NCBI RefSeq assembly: GCF_034676705.1
Contig: NZ_JAUCBS010000006.1
Location: forward strand, 84,960-148,959
Direction: 5' to 3'
Length of the DNA stretch: 64,000 nucleotides
Source of the DNA: Gemmobacter sp.
Lineage (GTDB): Bacteria; Pseudomonadota; Alphaproteobacteria; Rhodobacterales; Rhodobacteraceae
Made by a program: the position numbers and the translations under genes. Under the pieces are notes generated by a model. That model was not told where the DNA came from. It did no database searches and saw only the letters and a list, made by a program, of their open reading frames with translations. Numbering within the stretch: position 1 is the first letter of the stretch; the number at the start of each line of letters is the position of its first letter. Shown in pieces: positions 38,057-48,168 of the stretch.

Positions 38057-39100
38057 ATGGCTGAACGGCCCTCTCCCCAGACCATCCGCGCGCTGCGCGC
38101 CGAAAACCCCAAGGCCCGCGCCCGCGATTTCGCCCAGACCCATGGCATCACCGAGGCAGAGCTGGTCGCGGCCTATGCCGGTGCCCATGTCACGGTGATC
38201 GACGCGACGCCGGACCGGCTGATCCCGATGGTCTGCCAGCTGGGCGATGTGCTGGCCCTGACGCGCAACGAAAGCTGCGTGCATGAACGGGTGGGGACGT
38301 ATCAGGATTATCACGCCGGCCCGATGGCGCAGATGGTGCTGGGGGCGGAAATCGACCTGCGGATTTTCCCGTCGCACTGGGTGCATGGCTTTGCCGTGGC
38401 GGAGCCGGGGGCGGATGGCGCGGTCAAGCGCAGCGTGCAGGTGTTCGATGCGGCGGGCGACGCGATCCACAAGGTCCACCTGCGGGCGGAATCGGATGTG
38501 GCGGCCTTTGACGCGCTGGTAGAGGCGCTGCGCCTGCCCGACCAGTCGGGCGCCCTGACCCTGACCCCGCGCGCGGCGGTGGAACCGGCCAAGGCCGACC
38601 CCGCCAAGGCCGATGCCTTGCGGGCCGAGTGGGACGGGATGACCGACACCCACCAGTTCCTGCGCATGATCCGCAAGTTCAAGATGAACCGGCTGGGCGC
38701 CTATCGCGTCGTTGGCGCGCCCAAGGCGCGGCCGCTGGCGGTGGATGCGGTGACGCAGCTGCTGCACCGCGCATCCGACCAGAAGGTGCCGGTGATGATC
38801 TTTGTCGGCAACATGGGCTGCATCCAGATCCATGGCGGGCCGGTGGACCGCATCGTGCCGATGGGGCCGTGGATCAACGTGCTGGACCCCCGGTTCGACA
38901 TGCACCTGCGCACCGACCACATCGCCGAGGTCTGGGCGGTGACGAAACCCACCCGCACCGGCGATGCCATCAGCGTCGAGGCGTTCGATGCCGAAGGCGG
39001 GCTGATCCTGCAAATCTTCGGCTATCGCAAGGATACCCCGGCCGAGCCGTGGAATGCGCTGGTCGCCGGCCTGCCGGTGGCCGAGGAGGTGCTGGCATGA
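38057..39100 (+). CDS. hmuS: Haemin-degrading / haem-trafficking protein (HemS/ChuS/HmuS family)
   Basis: 347 aa. N-terminus is RALRAENPKARARDFAQTHGITEAELVAA. Tandem-repeat architecture and gene context agree. Confidence 0.85.
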   Translation: MAERPSPQTIRALRAENPKARARDFAQTHGITEAELVAAYAGAHVTVIDATPDRLIPMVCQLGDVLALTRNESCVHERVGTYQDYHAGPMAQMVLGAEIDLRIFPSHWVHGFAVAEPGADGAVKRSVQVFDAAGDAIHKVHLRAESDVAAFDALVEALRLPDQSGALTLTPRAAVEPAKADPAKADALRAEWDGMTDTHQFLRMIRKFKMNRLGAYRVVGAPKARPLAVDAVTQLLHRASDQKVPVMIFVGNMGCIQIHGGPVDRIVPMGPWINVLDPRFDMHLRTDHIAEVWAVTKPTRTGDAISVEAFDAEGGLILQIFGYRKDTPAEPWNALVAGLPVAEEVLA

Positions 39101-39933
39101 TGCGCGCGCTGGCCCTTGCCGCCCTGTTGCTGCCGGGGGTGGCGCTGGCCGACCCGGCGCAGCGCATCGTGTCGATCGGCGGATCGGTGACGGAAATCGC
39201 CGTCGCACTCGGCGCCACCTCCCGGCTGATCGCCCGCGACACCACCTCGACCTTTCCGGCCGCGATCAAGGACTTGCCCGATGTGGGCTACATCCGCGCG
39301 CTGTCGGCCGAAGGGGTGCTGGCGCTGGGGCCGGACATGATCATCTCCGAGGCGGGCGCAGGCCCGAAGGAGGCGGTGGACGTGCTGCGCGCCGCGGGCG
39401 TGCCCTTCGTCGAGATGCCGGGCGATCCGTCGCCCGCCGGGATCCTCGCCAAGATCGACGCGGTGGCCAGGGCGCTGGAGTTGCCCGCCGAGGGTGAGAA
39501 ATTGCATGCCGAGGTGGCCAGGGGTCTGGCCGAGGCCGAGGCGCGCGCCGCCGCCGTGCCGGGCCCCCGCAAGCGGGTGCTGTTCGTGCTGGCGCTGCAA
39601 TCGGGCCGGGTGATGGCGGGGGGCGAGGGGTCGTCCGCCGCGGGCATCATCGCGCTGGCGGGCGGCGTGAACGCCGCCGAAGGCTTCAAGGGCTACAAGC
39701 AGATGACCGACGAGGCTGTGATCGCCGCCGCCCCCGACGTCATCCTGATGATGCACCGCGACGGCGACCTGGCGGTACACAACGCCGACGTCCTCGCGCA
39801 TCCGGCTCTGGCGCAGACCCCGGCGGCGCAGTCGGGCGCGCTGGTGCGGATGGACGGGCTGCTGCTGCTGGGCTTTGGCCCCCGCACGCCCGAGGGCGCG
39901 CGGGAACTTCACTCTGCGCTGTATGGGGGCTGA
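39097..39933 (+). CDS. hmuT: Haemin ABC transporter substrate-binding protein
   Basis: ATG at 39097 overlaps the hmuS stop. Has a signal peptide. Block is RIVSIGGSVTEIAVALG. Confidence 0.85.
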   Translation: MMRALALAALLLPGVALADPAQRIVSIGGSVTEIAVALGATSRLIARDTTSTFPAAIKDLPDVGYIRALSAEGVLALGPDMIISEAGAGPKEAVDVLRAAGVPFVEMPGDPSPAGILAKIDAVARALELPAEGEKLHAEVARGLAEAEARAAAVPGPRKRVLFVLALQSGRVMAGGEGSSAAGIIALAGGVNAAEGFKGYKQMTDEAVIAAAPDVILMMHRDGDLAVHNADVLAHPALAQTPAAQSGALVRMDGLLLLGFGPRTPEGARELHSALYGG

Positions 39934-39936
39934 CCC

Positions 39937-41001
39937 GTGGTGGCCGTGCCCGCGCATGTTCCTGCCGGCGACCGCACCCACCGCGCCGCGCTGACCTTTC
40001 GCCTGCTGCTGGTGGCGGCGGTTGTGGTGGGCGTGTGGTCGCTGGGCACCGGGGCGGCCGGGGTGCCGCTGGGCCAGGTCGCCCGCGATCTGCTGTGGGG
40101 CGAGGGGCTGAGCCAGCGTGACCGGGTGATCCTGATGGACATTCGCCTGCCCCGGCTGGCCATGGGCCTGCTGGTGGGCGCGGCCCTTGCGGTGTCGGGC
40201 GCGCTGATGCAGGGGCTGTTCCGCAACCCGCTGGCCGATCCGGGCATCGTGGGGGTTGGCGCCGGCGCCGGCCTGGGCGCGGTGGGGGCCATCGTGCTGG
40301 GCGGGCTGCTGCCGGCAGGCATGGCCGCGCTGGTGGGGGTGCATCTGGTGCCCTTTGCCGCGTTTCTGGGTGGCTGGGGGGCAACGCTGATCCTGTATCG
40401 CATCGCCACGCGGGGCGGACAGACGCAGGTGGCCACCCTGCTGCTGGCCGGGATCGCGCTGGGGGCACTGGCGGGGGCGCTGACCGGGATCCTGGTCTAC
40501 ATGGCCGACGATACCCAGCTGCGCAACCTGACCTTCTGGGGCATGGGGTCGATCGCCGGGGCCAGCTGGGCCAAGATCGGGCTGGGCCTGCCGCTGATCC
40601 TGCCGGTCCTGTTGCTGTCGCCCCTGCTGGCCCGCGCGCTGAACGCCCTGTCGCTGGGCGAGGCGCAGGCCGGCCATATCGGGATCGAGGTGCAAAAGGT
40701 CAAGCGGCTGGCCATTCTGGGCGTGGCGGCGGCGGCCGGTGCCTCGGTGGCCATTGCGGGGGGCATCGGCTTTGTCGGCATCGTGGTGCCGCATCTGCTG
40801 CGGCTGGCGACGGGGCCGGATCACCGCTGGCTGTTGCCCAATGCGGCGCTGCTGGGCGGGATGCTGCTGGTGCTGGCCGACATGGTGGCGCGCACGCTGG
40901 TGGCACCGGCCGAACTGCCCATCGGCATCGTGACCGCCGCCATAGGGGCGCCGGTGTTCCTGTGGATCCTGCTGCAACGCCGCGGCTTCGGGGGGCTATG
41001 A
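39937..41001 (+). CDS. hmuU: Haemin ABC transporter permease (FecCD family)
   Basis: GTG start at 39937. Blocks RLPRLAMGLLVGAALAVSGALMQ and GIVTAAIGAPVFLWIL. Confidence 0.88.
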   Translation: MVAVPAHVPAGDRTHRAALTFRLLLVAAVVVGVWSLGTGAAGVPLGQVARDLLWGEGLSQRDRVILMDIRLPRLAMGLLVGAALAVSGALMQGLFRNPLADPGIVGVGAGAGLGAVGAIVLGGLLPAGMAALVGVHLVPFAAFLGGWGATLILYRIATRGGQTQVATLLLAGIALGALAGALTGILVYMADDTQLRNLTFWGMGSIAGASWAKIGLGLPLILPVLLLSPLLARALNALSLGEAQAGHIGIEVQKVKRLAILGVAAAAGASVAIAGGIGFVGIVVPHLLRLATGPDHRWLLPNAALLGGMLLVLADMVARTLVAPAELPIGIVTAAIGAPVFLWILLQRRGFGGL

Positions 41002-41768
41002 TGCTGGTTGCACGCGATGTCACGGTCTCGCTGGCCCGTCGTCCGGTGCTGCATGGCGTGTCGCTGACCTGCCGGCCCGGCACGCTGACGGCGATTGTCG
41101 GCCCGAACGGGTCGGGCAAGACCACGCTGTTGCGGGCGCTGACCGGCGATCTGCCCTATGGCGGGTCGGCGCAGTTGAACGGGTCCGAGATTGCGGGGGC
41201 GGGGGCGGCGGTATTGGCGCAGCTGCGCGGGGTGCTGGCGCAATCCACCCAGCTGACCTTTCCCTTTACCGTGCTGGAGGTGGTGCGGCTGGGCCTGACC
41301 AACGGCGGCGGCGATGCCCGTGCCATGGCGGCGCTGGCACAGGTGGGATTGCAGGGCCATGCCGGCCGCGTGGTGCAGGAGCTGTCGGGCGGCGAACAGG
41401 CCCGCGTGCATCTGGCCCGCGTGCTGGCGCAGGTCTGGGATCCGGTGGTGGATCATGGCCCGCGCTGGCTGTTCCTGGATGAACCCGTGGCCGCGCTGGA
41501 CATCGGCCAGCAGCTGACGGTGATGCGGCTGGCGCGCGATTATGCCAACCGGGGCGGCGGCGTGGTGGCGGTGATGCACGACCTGAACCTGTCGGCCATG
41601 TTCGCCGACCGCGTTGCGCTGATGCTGGATGGCCGGCTGCTGGCCGACGGCCCGCCTGCGCAGGTGCTGACCGATGCCCATCTGTCGCGCGCCTATGGCT
41701 GTGCCCTGCGGGTGAACACGGTGCCGGCGAACGGCCCCTGGCTGGTGCCGCAGGCCGTTGGCGCCTGA
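40998..41768 (+). CDS. hmuV: Haemin ABC transporter ATP-binding protein
   Basis: ATG at 40998 overlaps the hmuU stop. Walker A GPNGSGKTT, signature LSGGEQARV, Walker B LFLDEPVAALD. Confidence 0.9.
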   Translation: MMLVARDVTVSLARRPVLHGVSLTCRPGTLTAIVGPNGSGKTTLLRALTGDLPYGGSAQLNGSEIAGAGAAVLAQLRGVLAQSTQLTFPFTVLEVVRLGLTNGGGDARAMAALAQVGLQGHAGRVVQELSGGEQARVHLARVLAQVWDPVVDHGPRWLFLDEPVAALDIGQQLTVMRLARDYANRGGGVVAVMHDLNLSAMFADRVALMLDGRLLADGPPAQVLTDAHLSRAYGCALRVNTVPANGPWLVPQAVGA

Positions 41769-41880
41769 GGTGAATTTTATTTAACACCACAAGTTTTTAT
41801 TGACCTGTGCCCGATGCAGCTTAGGCTGCGGGACATACCCCGGGCCAACCGGGGGCCCATGTCTCAGGGGAGGAGTAGAC

Positions 41881-42921
41881 ATGACGACCGCACCGACGCG
41901 CCGCGGCCTGATCGCGGCTACGGCCATGATGGCCGCATTCGGCCTGGCGACCGCTGCCCATGCCCAGGATTTCAAACTGAAACTCCACCAGTTCCTGCCC
42001 GCGCAGGCCCCGGTGCCGGCCGGCGTGCTGGTGCCCTGGATGGCCAAGGTGGAAAAGGACTCCGGCGGCCGGATCACGTTCGAACATTACCCCGCCATGC
42101 AGCTGGGCGGCAAACCCGGCGAACTGATCGACCAGGTGATCGACGGCGTGGCCGATGTGGTCTGGACCCTGCCGGGCTATACCCCCGGCCGTTTCCCGCG
42201 CACCGAGGTGATGGAACTGCCGTTCATGATCACCAATGCCGAAGCCTCGTCCCGGGCGTTCTGGGAACTGGGCGAGAAATACATGCTGGATACCGAGCTG
42301 AAGGACGTGAAGGTCATCGGGTTGTGGAACCACGGCCCCGGCCTGATCCATTCCAAGACCCCGATCACCAAGCCCGAAGACCTCAAGGGCGTGAAACTGC
42401 GCGCGCCGACGCGGGTGACGAACATGATGGTGTCGGCGCTTGGGGCGACGGCGGTGGGCATGCCGGTGCCAGCGGTGACGGAATCGCTGTCCAAGGGGGT
42501 GATCGACGCCACCATCATCCCGTGGGAGGTGACGGCCTCGCTCAAATCCTCGGAACTGGTGAAACATCACACCGAATTCCCCTCGGCGCCGCTTTATACC
42601 TCGTCCTTCGTGCTGGCAATGAACAAGGATGTCTATGACAAGATGCCCGCCGATCTGAAGGCCGTGATCGACGCGAACTCCGGCGCCGATTTTTCTGCCA
42701 ATGCCGGCAAGGTCAGCCAGGCGGCCGACGCCCCGGCGCGCGAGATTGCGGTGAAGCTGGGCAACACCATCGTGGAACTGACCCCCGAACAGATCGCGCC
42801 GTGGAAGGCCGGGGCACAGGGCACCATCGACCAGTGGATCGCCGACAGCGCGAAGGCCGGGTTCGATGGCAAGGCCCTGGTGGACGAGGCCCGCGCCCTG
42901 ATCGCCAAGCACACCAAGTAA
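41881..42921 (+). CDS. TRAP transporter substrate-binding protein (DctP family), system 1
   Basis: ATG at 41881 follows GGGGAGGAG. Tat/Sec-like signal is MTTAPTRRGLIAATAMMAAFGLATAAHA. Confidence 0.85.
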   Translation: MTTAPTRRGLIAATAMMAAFGLATAAHAQDFKLKLHQFLPAQAPVPAGVLVPWMAKVEKDSGGRITFEHYPAMQLGGKPGELIDQVIDGVADVVWTLPGYTPGRFPRTEVMELPFMITNAEASSRAFWELGEKYMLDTELKDVKVIGLWNHGPGLIHSKTPITKPEDLKGVKLRAPTRVTNMMVSALGATAVGMPVPAVTESLSKGVIDATIIPWEVTASLKSSELVKHHTEFPSAPLYTSSFVLAMNKDVYDKMPADLKAVIDANSGADFSANAGKVSQAADAPAREIAVKLGNTIVELTPEQIAPWKAGAQGTIDQWIADSAKAGFDGKALVDEARALIAKHTK

Positions 42922-42969
42922 GCCATGCGGCCTGCCGGCACCCCCGGCAGGCCCCGACCGGGGCTGCAT

Positions 42970-43494
42970 ATGGACCGTTTCATCACCGCATTGGCGCGGC
43001 TGACCGCGCAGGCCGGGGGGCTTGTTCTGGGCGCCCTTGTCCTGATGACCTGCGCCTCGATCGTCGGGCGCGCGCTGGCGGGGCTTGGCCTTGGGCCGGT
43101 GCCCGGCGATTTCGAACTGGTCGAGGCGGGGATCGCCTTTACCGTCTTTGCCTTTCTGCCCTGGTGTTCGGTGACGGCGGGCCATGCCACGGTGGATGTG
43201 TTCACCAACGGGCTGGGCCTGCAACCCAACCGCGTCCTGCTGGCAGTGTGGGAGGTGGTGATGGCGCTGGCCGTCGCGCTGCTGGCCTGGCGGCTGTATG
43301 AAGGCGCCATCGGCAAGGTCCGCAACGGGGAAATCACCCTGTTCCTGCAATTCCCGATCTGGTGGGCCTATGTCGCCTGCCTGGCCCCGGCCTGCATCAC
43401 GGTGCTGGTGGCGCTGTGGTCGGCCTTTGACCGCATCCGCGGCGCGATCACCGGGCAGGATACCCGCGCCGTCAAGACGGAGGCACAGCATTGA
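42970..43494 (+). CDS. TRAP transporter small permease (DctQ), system 1
   Basis: ATG at 42970 lies within ORF 42925..43494. The protein has four hydrophobic segments. Confidence 0.75.
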   Translation: MDRFITALARLTAQAGGLVLGALVLMTCASIVGRALAGLGLGPVPGDFELVEAGIAFTVFAFLPWCSVTAGHATVDVFTNGLGLQPNRVLLAVWEVVMALAVALLAWRLYEGAIGKVRNGEITLFLQFPIWWAYVACLAPACITVLVALWSAFDRIRGAITGQDTRAVKTEAQH

Positions 43495-44804
43495 GCAATA
43501 TCGAGATCGGCCTGTGGTCGTTTCCCGTGCTGCTGGGAATGATCTTCCTGCGCGCGCCCATCGGGCTGGCGATGCTGGTCTGCGGCCTGGGGGGCATGTG
43601 GCTGATCACCGGCAGCCCGAACATGGTGCTGGCCAAGCTGAAAACCGAAACCTACGGCACATTTTCCAGCTATTCGCTGTCGATCATCCCGATATTCCTG
43701 CTGATGGGCCATCTGGCCGGCATCGGCGGCATGAGCCGGTCGCTGTTCAAGGCGGCCGAGGCCTGGCTGGGCCATCTGCGCGGCGGCACGGCGATGGCGG
43801 CGGTGGGGGCCTGCGCAGGCTTCGGGTCGATCTGCGGATCGTCGCTGGCCACGGCGGCCACCATGGCGCAGGTCGCGCTGCCGGAACTCAAGCGCGCGGG
43901 CTATGCGGGCGGGCTGTCCACCGCCACGCTGGCCGCCGGCGGCACGCTGGGGATCCTGATCCCGCCATCGGTGGTGCTGGTGGTTTACGCCACGCTGACC
44001 GAACAGAACATCGCCAAGCTGTTCCTGGCGGCCTTTGTCCCCGGCATCCTGGCGGCGCTTGGCTACATGCTGGTGATCGCGCTGTTCGTGCGGATCTACC
44101 CGGAGTCGGGCGGTGCGCAGCCGCGCCTGCCCATGGCGGAACGGTTCCGCGCGCTGGTGGCGGTCTGGCCGGTGCTGCTGATCTTCATCGCGGTGGTCGG
44201 CGGCATCTATACCGGCATCTTCACGCCGACCGAGGGCGCCTCGGTCGGGGCGCTGGGGACGGGGCTGGTGGCCTGGGCATCAGGGCAACTGTCGATGCAG
44301 CGGTTCCGGGCAGCGGTGCTGGCCACGGCAAACGGCACGGCGATGATCTTTTTCATCGTGCTGGGGGCGGCGTTCTTCAACGCCTTCCTTGCGCTGTCAC
44401 AGGTGCCGCAGGCGATTTCGGGCTGGGTGGTCGATCAGGGCTGGGCGCCGATGTCGGTGCTGTTCGCCATCCTGGTCCTGTATCTGCTGCTGGGCTGCGT
44501 GATGGACAGCCTGTCGATGATCCTGCTGACCATCCCGATCTTTTTCCCGGTGATGACCAGCCTGGATTTCGGGCTAAGCCAGGAACACATGGCGATCTGG
44601 TTCGGCATTCTGGTGCTGATCGTGGTCGAGGTCGGGCTGATCACCCCGCCGGTCGGCATGAACCTGTTCATCATCAACGCGATGGACAAATCCACCCCGA
44701 TCACCGCCACCTATCATGCGGTGATGTATTTCGTCGCCTCGGATATCCTGCGGGTGGTGCTGCTGGCGCTGATCCCGGCGATCACGCTGTTCCTGATCCC
44801 CTAG
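43491..44804 (+). CDS. TRAP transporter large permease (DctM), system 1
   Basis: TTG start at 43491 overlaps the dctQ stop. 437-aa polytopic protein. LLMGHLAGIGGMS block. Confidence 0.88.
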   Translation: MSNIEIGLWSFPVLLGMIFLRAPIGLAMLVCGLGGMWLITGSPNMVLAKLKTETYGTFSSYSLSIIPIFLLMGHLAGIGGMSRSLFKAAEAWLGHLRGGTAMAAVGACAGFGSICGSSLATAATMAQVALPELKRAGYAGGLSTATLAAGGTLGILIPPSVVLVVYATLTEQNIAKLFLAAFVPGILAALGYMLVIALFVRIYPESGGAQPRLPMAERFRALVAVWPVLLIFIAVVGGIYTGIFTPTEGASVGALGTGLVAWASGQLSMQRFRAAVLATANGTAMIFFIVLGAAFFNAFLALSQVPQAISGWVVDQGWAPMSVLFAILVLYLLLGCVMDSLSMILLTIPIFFPVMTSLDFGLSQEHMAIWFGILVLIVVEVGLITPPVGMNLFIINAMDKSTPITATYHAVMYFVASDILRVVLLALIPAITLFLIP

Positions 44805-44845
44805 GGTGGATCGACCTTCGGACATGAGGTGCCCTTTGCCGGCCG

Positions 44846-44905
44846 CTGGAGGGGTTTCACACCCCTCCAGACCTCCCCGTGGGGTATTTCCGGCAAGATG
44901 AAAGC
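44846..44905 (+). repeat. REP-like intergenic repeat copy; the hairpin may double as the dctM terminator
   Basis: A perfect 10-bp stem, CTGGAGGGGT-TTCAC-ACCCCTCCAG, followed by ACCTCCCCGTGGGGTATTTCCGGCAAGATGAAAGC. Confidence 0.6.
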
Positions 44906-44977
44906 AGCAACAGGGAAGGCGGGGCGGTAGGGGCAGATTCCGCTGACGGGTTGCCGACTGTCGATCCGGCGAGGGGA

Positions 44978-46219
44978 TCACCCTGCGGGAATGATCGGTG
45001 GCCGGGCGTTCAGCACATCCACGCTGAACCCGGCCAGCCGTTTGTAATGTTCGGCATGGGCGGCCAGGTCTGCGCGGGGGATCACCTCATCGATCTGGTC
45101 GAACACGCCACCGCAGCGGTCCTCGACCATCTGCATCACGGCATCGGGTCCGCTGCCCCGGTTGGCCAGCCCCACGGCGGTGGTGCGGGGGCGCACCTCG
45201 GCCTCATAGGTCTCCAGCGCCTGCGGCGTGACGCCATGGGCGCGGATCGCGGCGCCGATCATCCGGGCATCGACAATCGCCTGGCTGGCACCGTTCGACC
45301 CCACCGGATAGGTCGGGTGCGCGGCGTCGCCCATCAGGGTCACGCGGCCATTGGTCCAGCGCGGCAGGGGGTCGCGGTCGACCATGGGGTATTCGTAAAC
45401 CTCGGCCGCGCCGGCGATCAGGGCGGGCACATCCAGCCAGTCGAACCGCCAGCCGGCAAAGGCGGGGGCAAAATCGGCAAGGTTCGCGGCGCGGTTCCAG
45501 TCCTCCTTGTTCCAGCCCTGCGACGGGTCGATGCGCAGTTCGGCGATCCAGTTCATGGTGACAAGGCCGGTCGCCGGATCGGGGTCAGAGATGGGATAGG
45601 CGACGATGCGCTGCGTATCGTGCCCGGCCAGCGCCATGGCCGCCCCGCCAAAGAACGGCGGCGCCTGGGTGGTGCCGCGCCACAGCACGGCGCCGGCCCA
45701 GATCGGTGCGCCCTCGGCCGGATACATCTGGCGGCGGATCGCGGAATGGATGCCATCGGCGGCCACCAGCAGGGCGCCCGTCTCCTCGGCCCCGTCCAGC
45801 AGCAGCGTGGCATCGCCGGCGCCCGCGCGATAGCCGGTGGCGCGCGATCCGGTCACCAGCACATCCGCCCCGGCCCGTTCCACCAGCCGTTCGGCCAGCA
45901 GCATCTGCAACCGCCCGCGATGGACGGAATATTGCGGCCAGCGATACCCCGCCGCCAGTCCGCGCGGTTCTTCCCAGATCGTCCGGCCGGATTTCGAATA
46001 GAACCCGTATTGCCGGGTGCGCACCCCGATGCGGTCCAGATCGTCGCCCAGCCCCAGATCCCGCAATTCGCGCACGGCATTGGGTTGCAGGTTGATCCCC
46101 ACCCCCAGCGGCCGCAGCGCGCGCACCGATTCATGGATGCGGAACGGCACCCCGATCTGGTGCAGCGTCAGGCCCAGCGTCAGCCCGGCAATTCCGGCGC
46201 CCGCGATCAGAACGGTCAT
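44978..46219 (-). CDS. FAD-dependent aromatic-ring monooxygenase (group A flavoprotein hydroxylase)
   Basis: 413 aa. GGAG RBS. Blocks MTVLIAGAGIAGLTLG, VAADGIHSAIR and LMGDAAHPTYPVGSNGASQAI. Confidence 0.82.
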   Translation of the reverse strand: MTVLIAGAGIAGLTLGLTLHQIGVPFRIHESVRALRPLGVGINLQPNAVRELRDLGLGDDLDRIGVRTRQYGFYSKSGRTIWEEPRGLAAGYRWPQYSVHRGRLQMLLAERLVERAGADVLVTGSRATGYRAGAGDATLLLDGAEETGALLVAADGIHSAIRRQMYPAEGAPIWAGAVLWRGTTQAPPFFGGAAMALAGHDTQRIVAYPISDPDPATGLVTMNWIAELRIDPSQGWNKEDWNRAANLADFAPAFAGWRFDWLDVPALIAGAAEVYEYPMVDRDPLPRWTNGRVTLMGDAAHPTYPVGSNGASQAIVDARMIGAAIRAHGVTPQALETYEAEVRPRTTAVGLANRGSGPDAVMQMVEDRCGGVFDQIDEVIPRADLAAHAEHYKRLAGFSVDVLNARPPIIPAG

Positions 46220-46281
46220 GGCATCTCCTCCGTCGTCGAGGCAGGATAGGGGCTGCGCCCGCCGCCATGCAAGGACTGCCC

Positions 46282-47166
46282 ATGCCGCTGATCGGCTATG
46301 CCCGCGTCTCGACCGAGGATCAGACCGCCGACCCCCAGGAACGCGAGCTGCGCGCGGCGGGCTGCGCCGAGATCCATCGCGAACAAGGGTCGGGCGGCAA
46401 CCGCAGCCGGCCGGTGCTGGCCCGGCTGATGGACCGGATCGGCAAGGGCGATGTGCTGGTGGTGGTGCGCATCGACCGGCTGGCGCGGTCGCTGGCGCAT
46501 CTGCTGGAGCTGCTGGACCGGCTGGAGGCGAAGGGCGCGCATTTCCGCTCGCTGAACGACCCGATCGACACGTCCAGCCCGCAAGGCAAGTTCACGCTGC
46601 AAGTGCTGGGCGCGGCGGCGGAATTCGAACGCGCGCTGATCCGCGAACGCACCCGCGCCGGGTTGCAATCGGCCCGGGCGCAGGGCCGCATCGGCGGCAA
46701 TCCGGGCCTGCGCGCCGGCGATCCGCGCGCGATCCGCAAGGTGGTGCAGGCGCGGCGCGACACCTATCTGGAGCGGCTGAACGAAACCGCCGAGGATTGG
46801 GTGCCGCTGGTGCGCCGCCACCGCCCCGACATGCCGTGGGAGGATCTGGTGCGCCTGATCAACGCCCGCTTGGCCCAGGGGCGAGAGTCCTGGACCCTGA
46901 CCCGCCTGCGCCGCGCCGTCGGCGCCTATGTGGCCGAAGGCATGCTGCCCGAAACCCTGCTGGCCCCGGCCCCCCGCGCTGCCAGCGACGACCGCCTGCC
47001 CGCGCTGGTCGCCGCGCTGCGGGGGGCCGACCCGGACATGACCCTGCAACAGATCTGCGACCGGCTGGAGGCGATGCGCGAACGCACCCCGCGCGGGCGC
47101 AGCAAGTGGCAGCCCTCCTCGGTCCGCATGCTGCTGGAACGGGCGGAGAAGCTGGGCCTGCTGTAG
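46282..47166 (+). CDS. Serine recombinase (resolvase/invertase catalytic domain) with an extra C-terminal extension of about 100 aa
   Basis: ATG at 46282 lies within ORF 46267..47166. Blocks MPLIGYARVSTEDQ, VVVRIDRLARS and AAAEFERALIRERT. About 150 aa follow the catalytic domain, against about 50 in Hin/Gin-type enzymes. Confidence 0.8.
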   Translation: MPLIGYARVSTEDQTADPQERELRAAGCAEIHREQGSGGNRSRPVLARLMDRIGKGDVLVVVRIDRLARSLAHLLELLDRLEAKGAHFRSLNDPIDTSSPQGKFTLQVLGAAAEFERALIRERTRAGLQSARAQGRIGGNPGLRAGDPRAIRKVVQARRDTYLERLNETAEDWVPLVRRHRPDMPWEDLVRLINARLAQGRESWTLTRLRRAVGAYVAEGMLPETLLAPAPRAASDDRLPALVAALRGADPDMTLQQICDRLEAMRERTPRGRSKWQPSSVRMLLERAEKLGLL

Positions 47167-47187
47167 GGCGGCAGGCCCCGGCAGGGA

Positions 47188-48168
47188 TCAGTCGCGCATC
47201 CAGCGCTGATCGTACCAGCCCGACACATCGCCTGGCCAGGCCCGCGGCGCGCCGCCTGCATCCTTCAGCACTCCGCTGTCGAACAGGAACCGCGCCATGG
47301 TGACAAAGCGGTCGGGGTCGATCCGGCCCACGGGTGCATCGCCATCGCGCAGATAGCCGCCATCGGCGATGGCCTTCATCGAACCATGGACCAGATCCCG
47401 GTTCGGGAAATCGCCCGCCTTGATCAGCAGATCCGCCGCCTCGGCCGGGTAGTCGGCCGCCCATTCATAGCCCGCCTGCGTGGCCTGCATGAAGGCCGTC
47501 ACCACCTGCGGCTTGTCGGCCAGCGTCTTGCCGCTGGCGGCGATATAGCCGTTGTGCTGGTCGGGGATGCCGTAATCGGCATAGGCAAAGGCCGATTGGC
47601 GCCGGCCCAGCAGGGTGCCGTTCACGCCTTCCCAGGTGGCCACCTCCAGCGTGAAATCCACCGCGCCGCTGGCCAGCGCCTCGTAGGCGCCGGTCCCAAG
47701 GGTCACGGTATCCCAGACCGGATCGCCGCCATCGGCGCGGATCATGGTGCCGATCAGCGCCGCCTCCCATGCGCTGCCGAAACCGGCATAGATCTTGCCC
47801 GACAGATCGGCCGGGCGTTTGATCGCGGCATTGTCGGTGTTGTAGACCAGCCGCCCGGTTTCATGCTGCATGGTGGCCCACAGCGCGGTCATGTCGGCGC
47901 CGCCGGCCCTGGCGCTCATGAACCCCAGCGAGGTGAGATAGCCGAAATCCGTCACCCCGCCGGCCAGCAGCGCGGCGGAACTGGTGTCGGAATAGGGCAG
48001 GATGTCCACCGTCAGCCCGGCATCGGCGTAGAACCCCTTGTCGCGCGCGACGACCAGCCCGATGTGGTTGGTGTTCAACGTCCAGTCCAGGGCGATGGTG
48101 ACGGGCGTATCGGCCAGGACCGGCAGCGGCAGGGCCAGGCAGGTGGCCAGCAGAATGGGGCGGATCAT
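47188..48168 (-). CDS. NMT1/THI5-like substrate-binding protein (ThiY-type pyrimidine-precursor binding, by riboswitch context)
   Basis: Has a signal peptide. Block is TIALDWTLNTNHIGLVVARDKGFY. Confidence 0.78.
   Translation of the reverse strand: MIRPILLATCLALPLPVLADTPVTIALDWTLNTNHIGLVVARDKGFYADAGLTVDILPYSDTSSAALLAGGVTDFGYLTSLGFMSARAGGADMTALWATMQHETGRLVYNTDNAAIKRPADLSGKIYAGFGSAWEAALIGTMIRADGGDPVWDTVTLGTGAYEALASGAVDFTLEVATWEGVNGTLLGRRQSAFAYADYGIPDQHNGYIAASGKTLADKPQVVTAFMQATQAGYEWAADYPAEAADLLIKAGDFPNRDLVHGSMKAIADGGYLRDGDAPVGRIDPDRFVTMARFLFDSGVLKDAGGAPRAWPGDVSGWYDQRWMRD

Noticed and set aside
46258-46269. Inverted match CCCGCCGC(C)ATG at 46258..46269 and 50387..50397, considered as recombinase crossover sites flanking an invertible segment.
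   Set aside because: Only 8+3 bases match, with an indel, and all are G/C-rich. Chance occurrence is plausible in this base composition. The right copy also overlaps the predicted -10 of the thi promoter.
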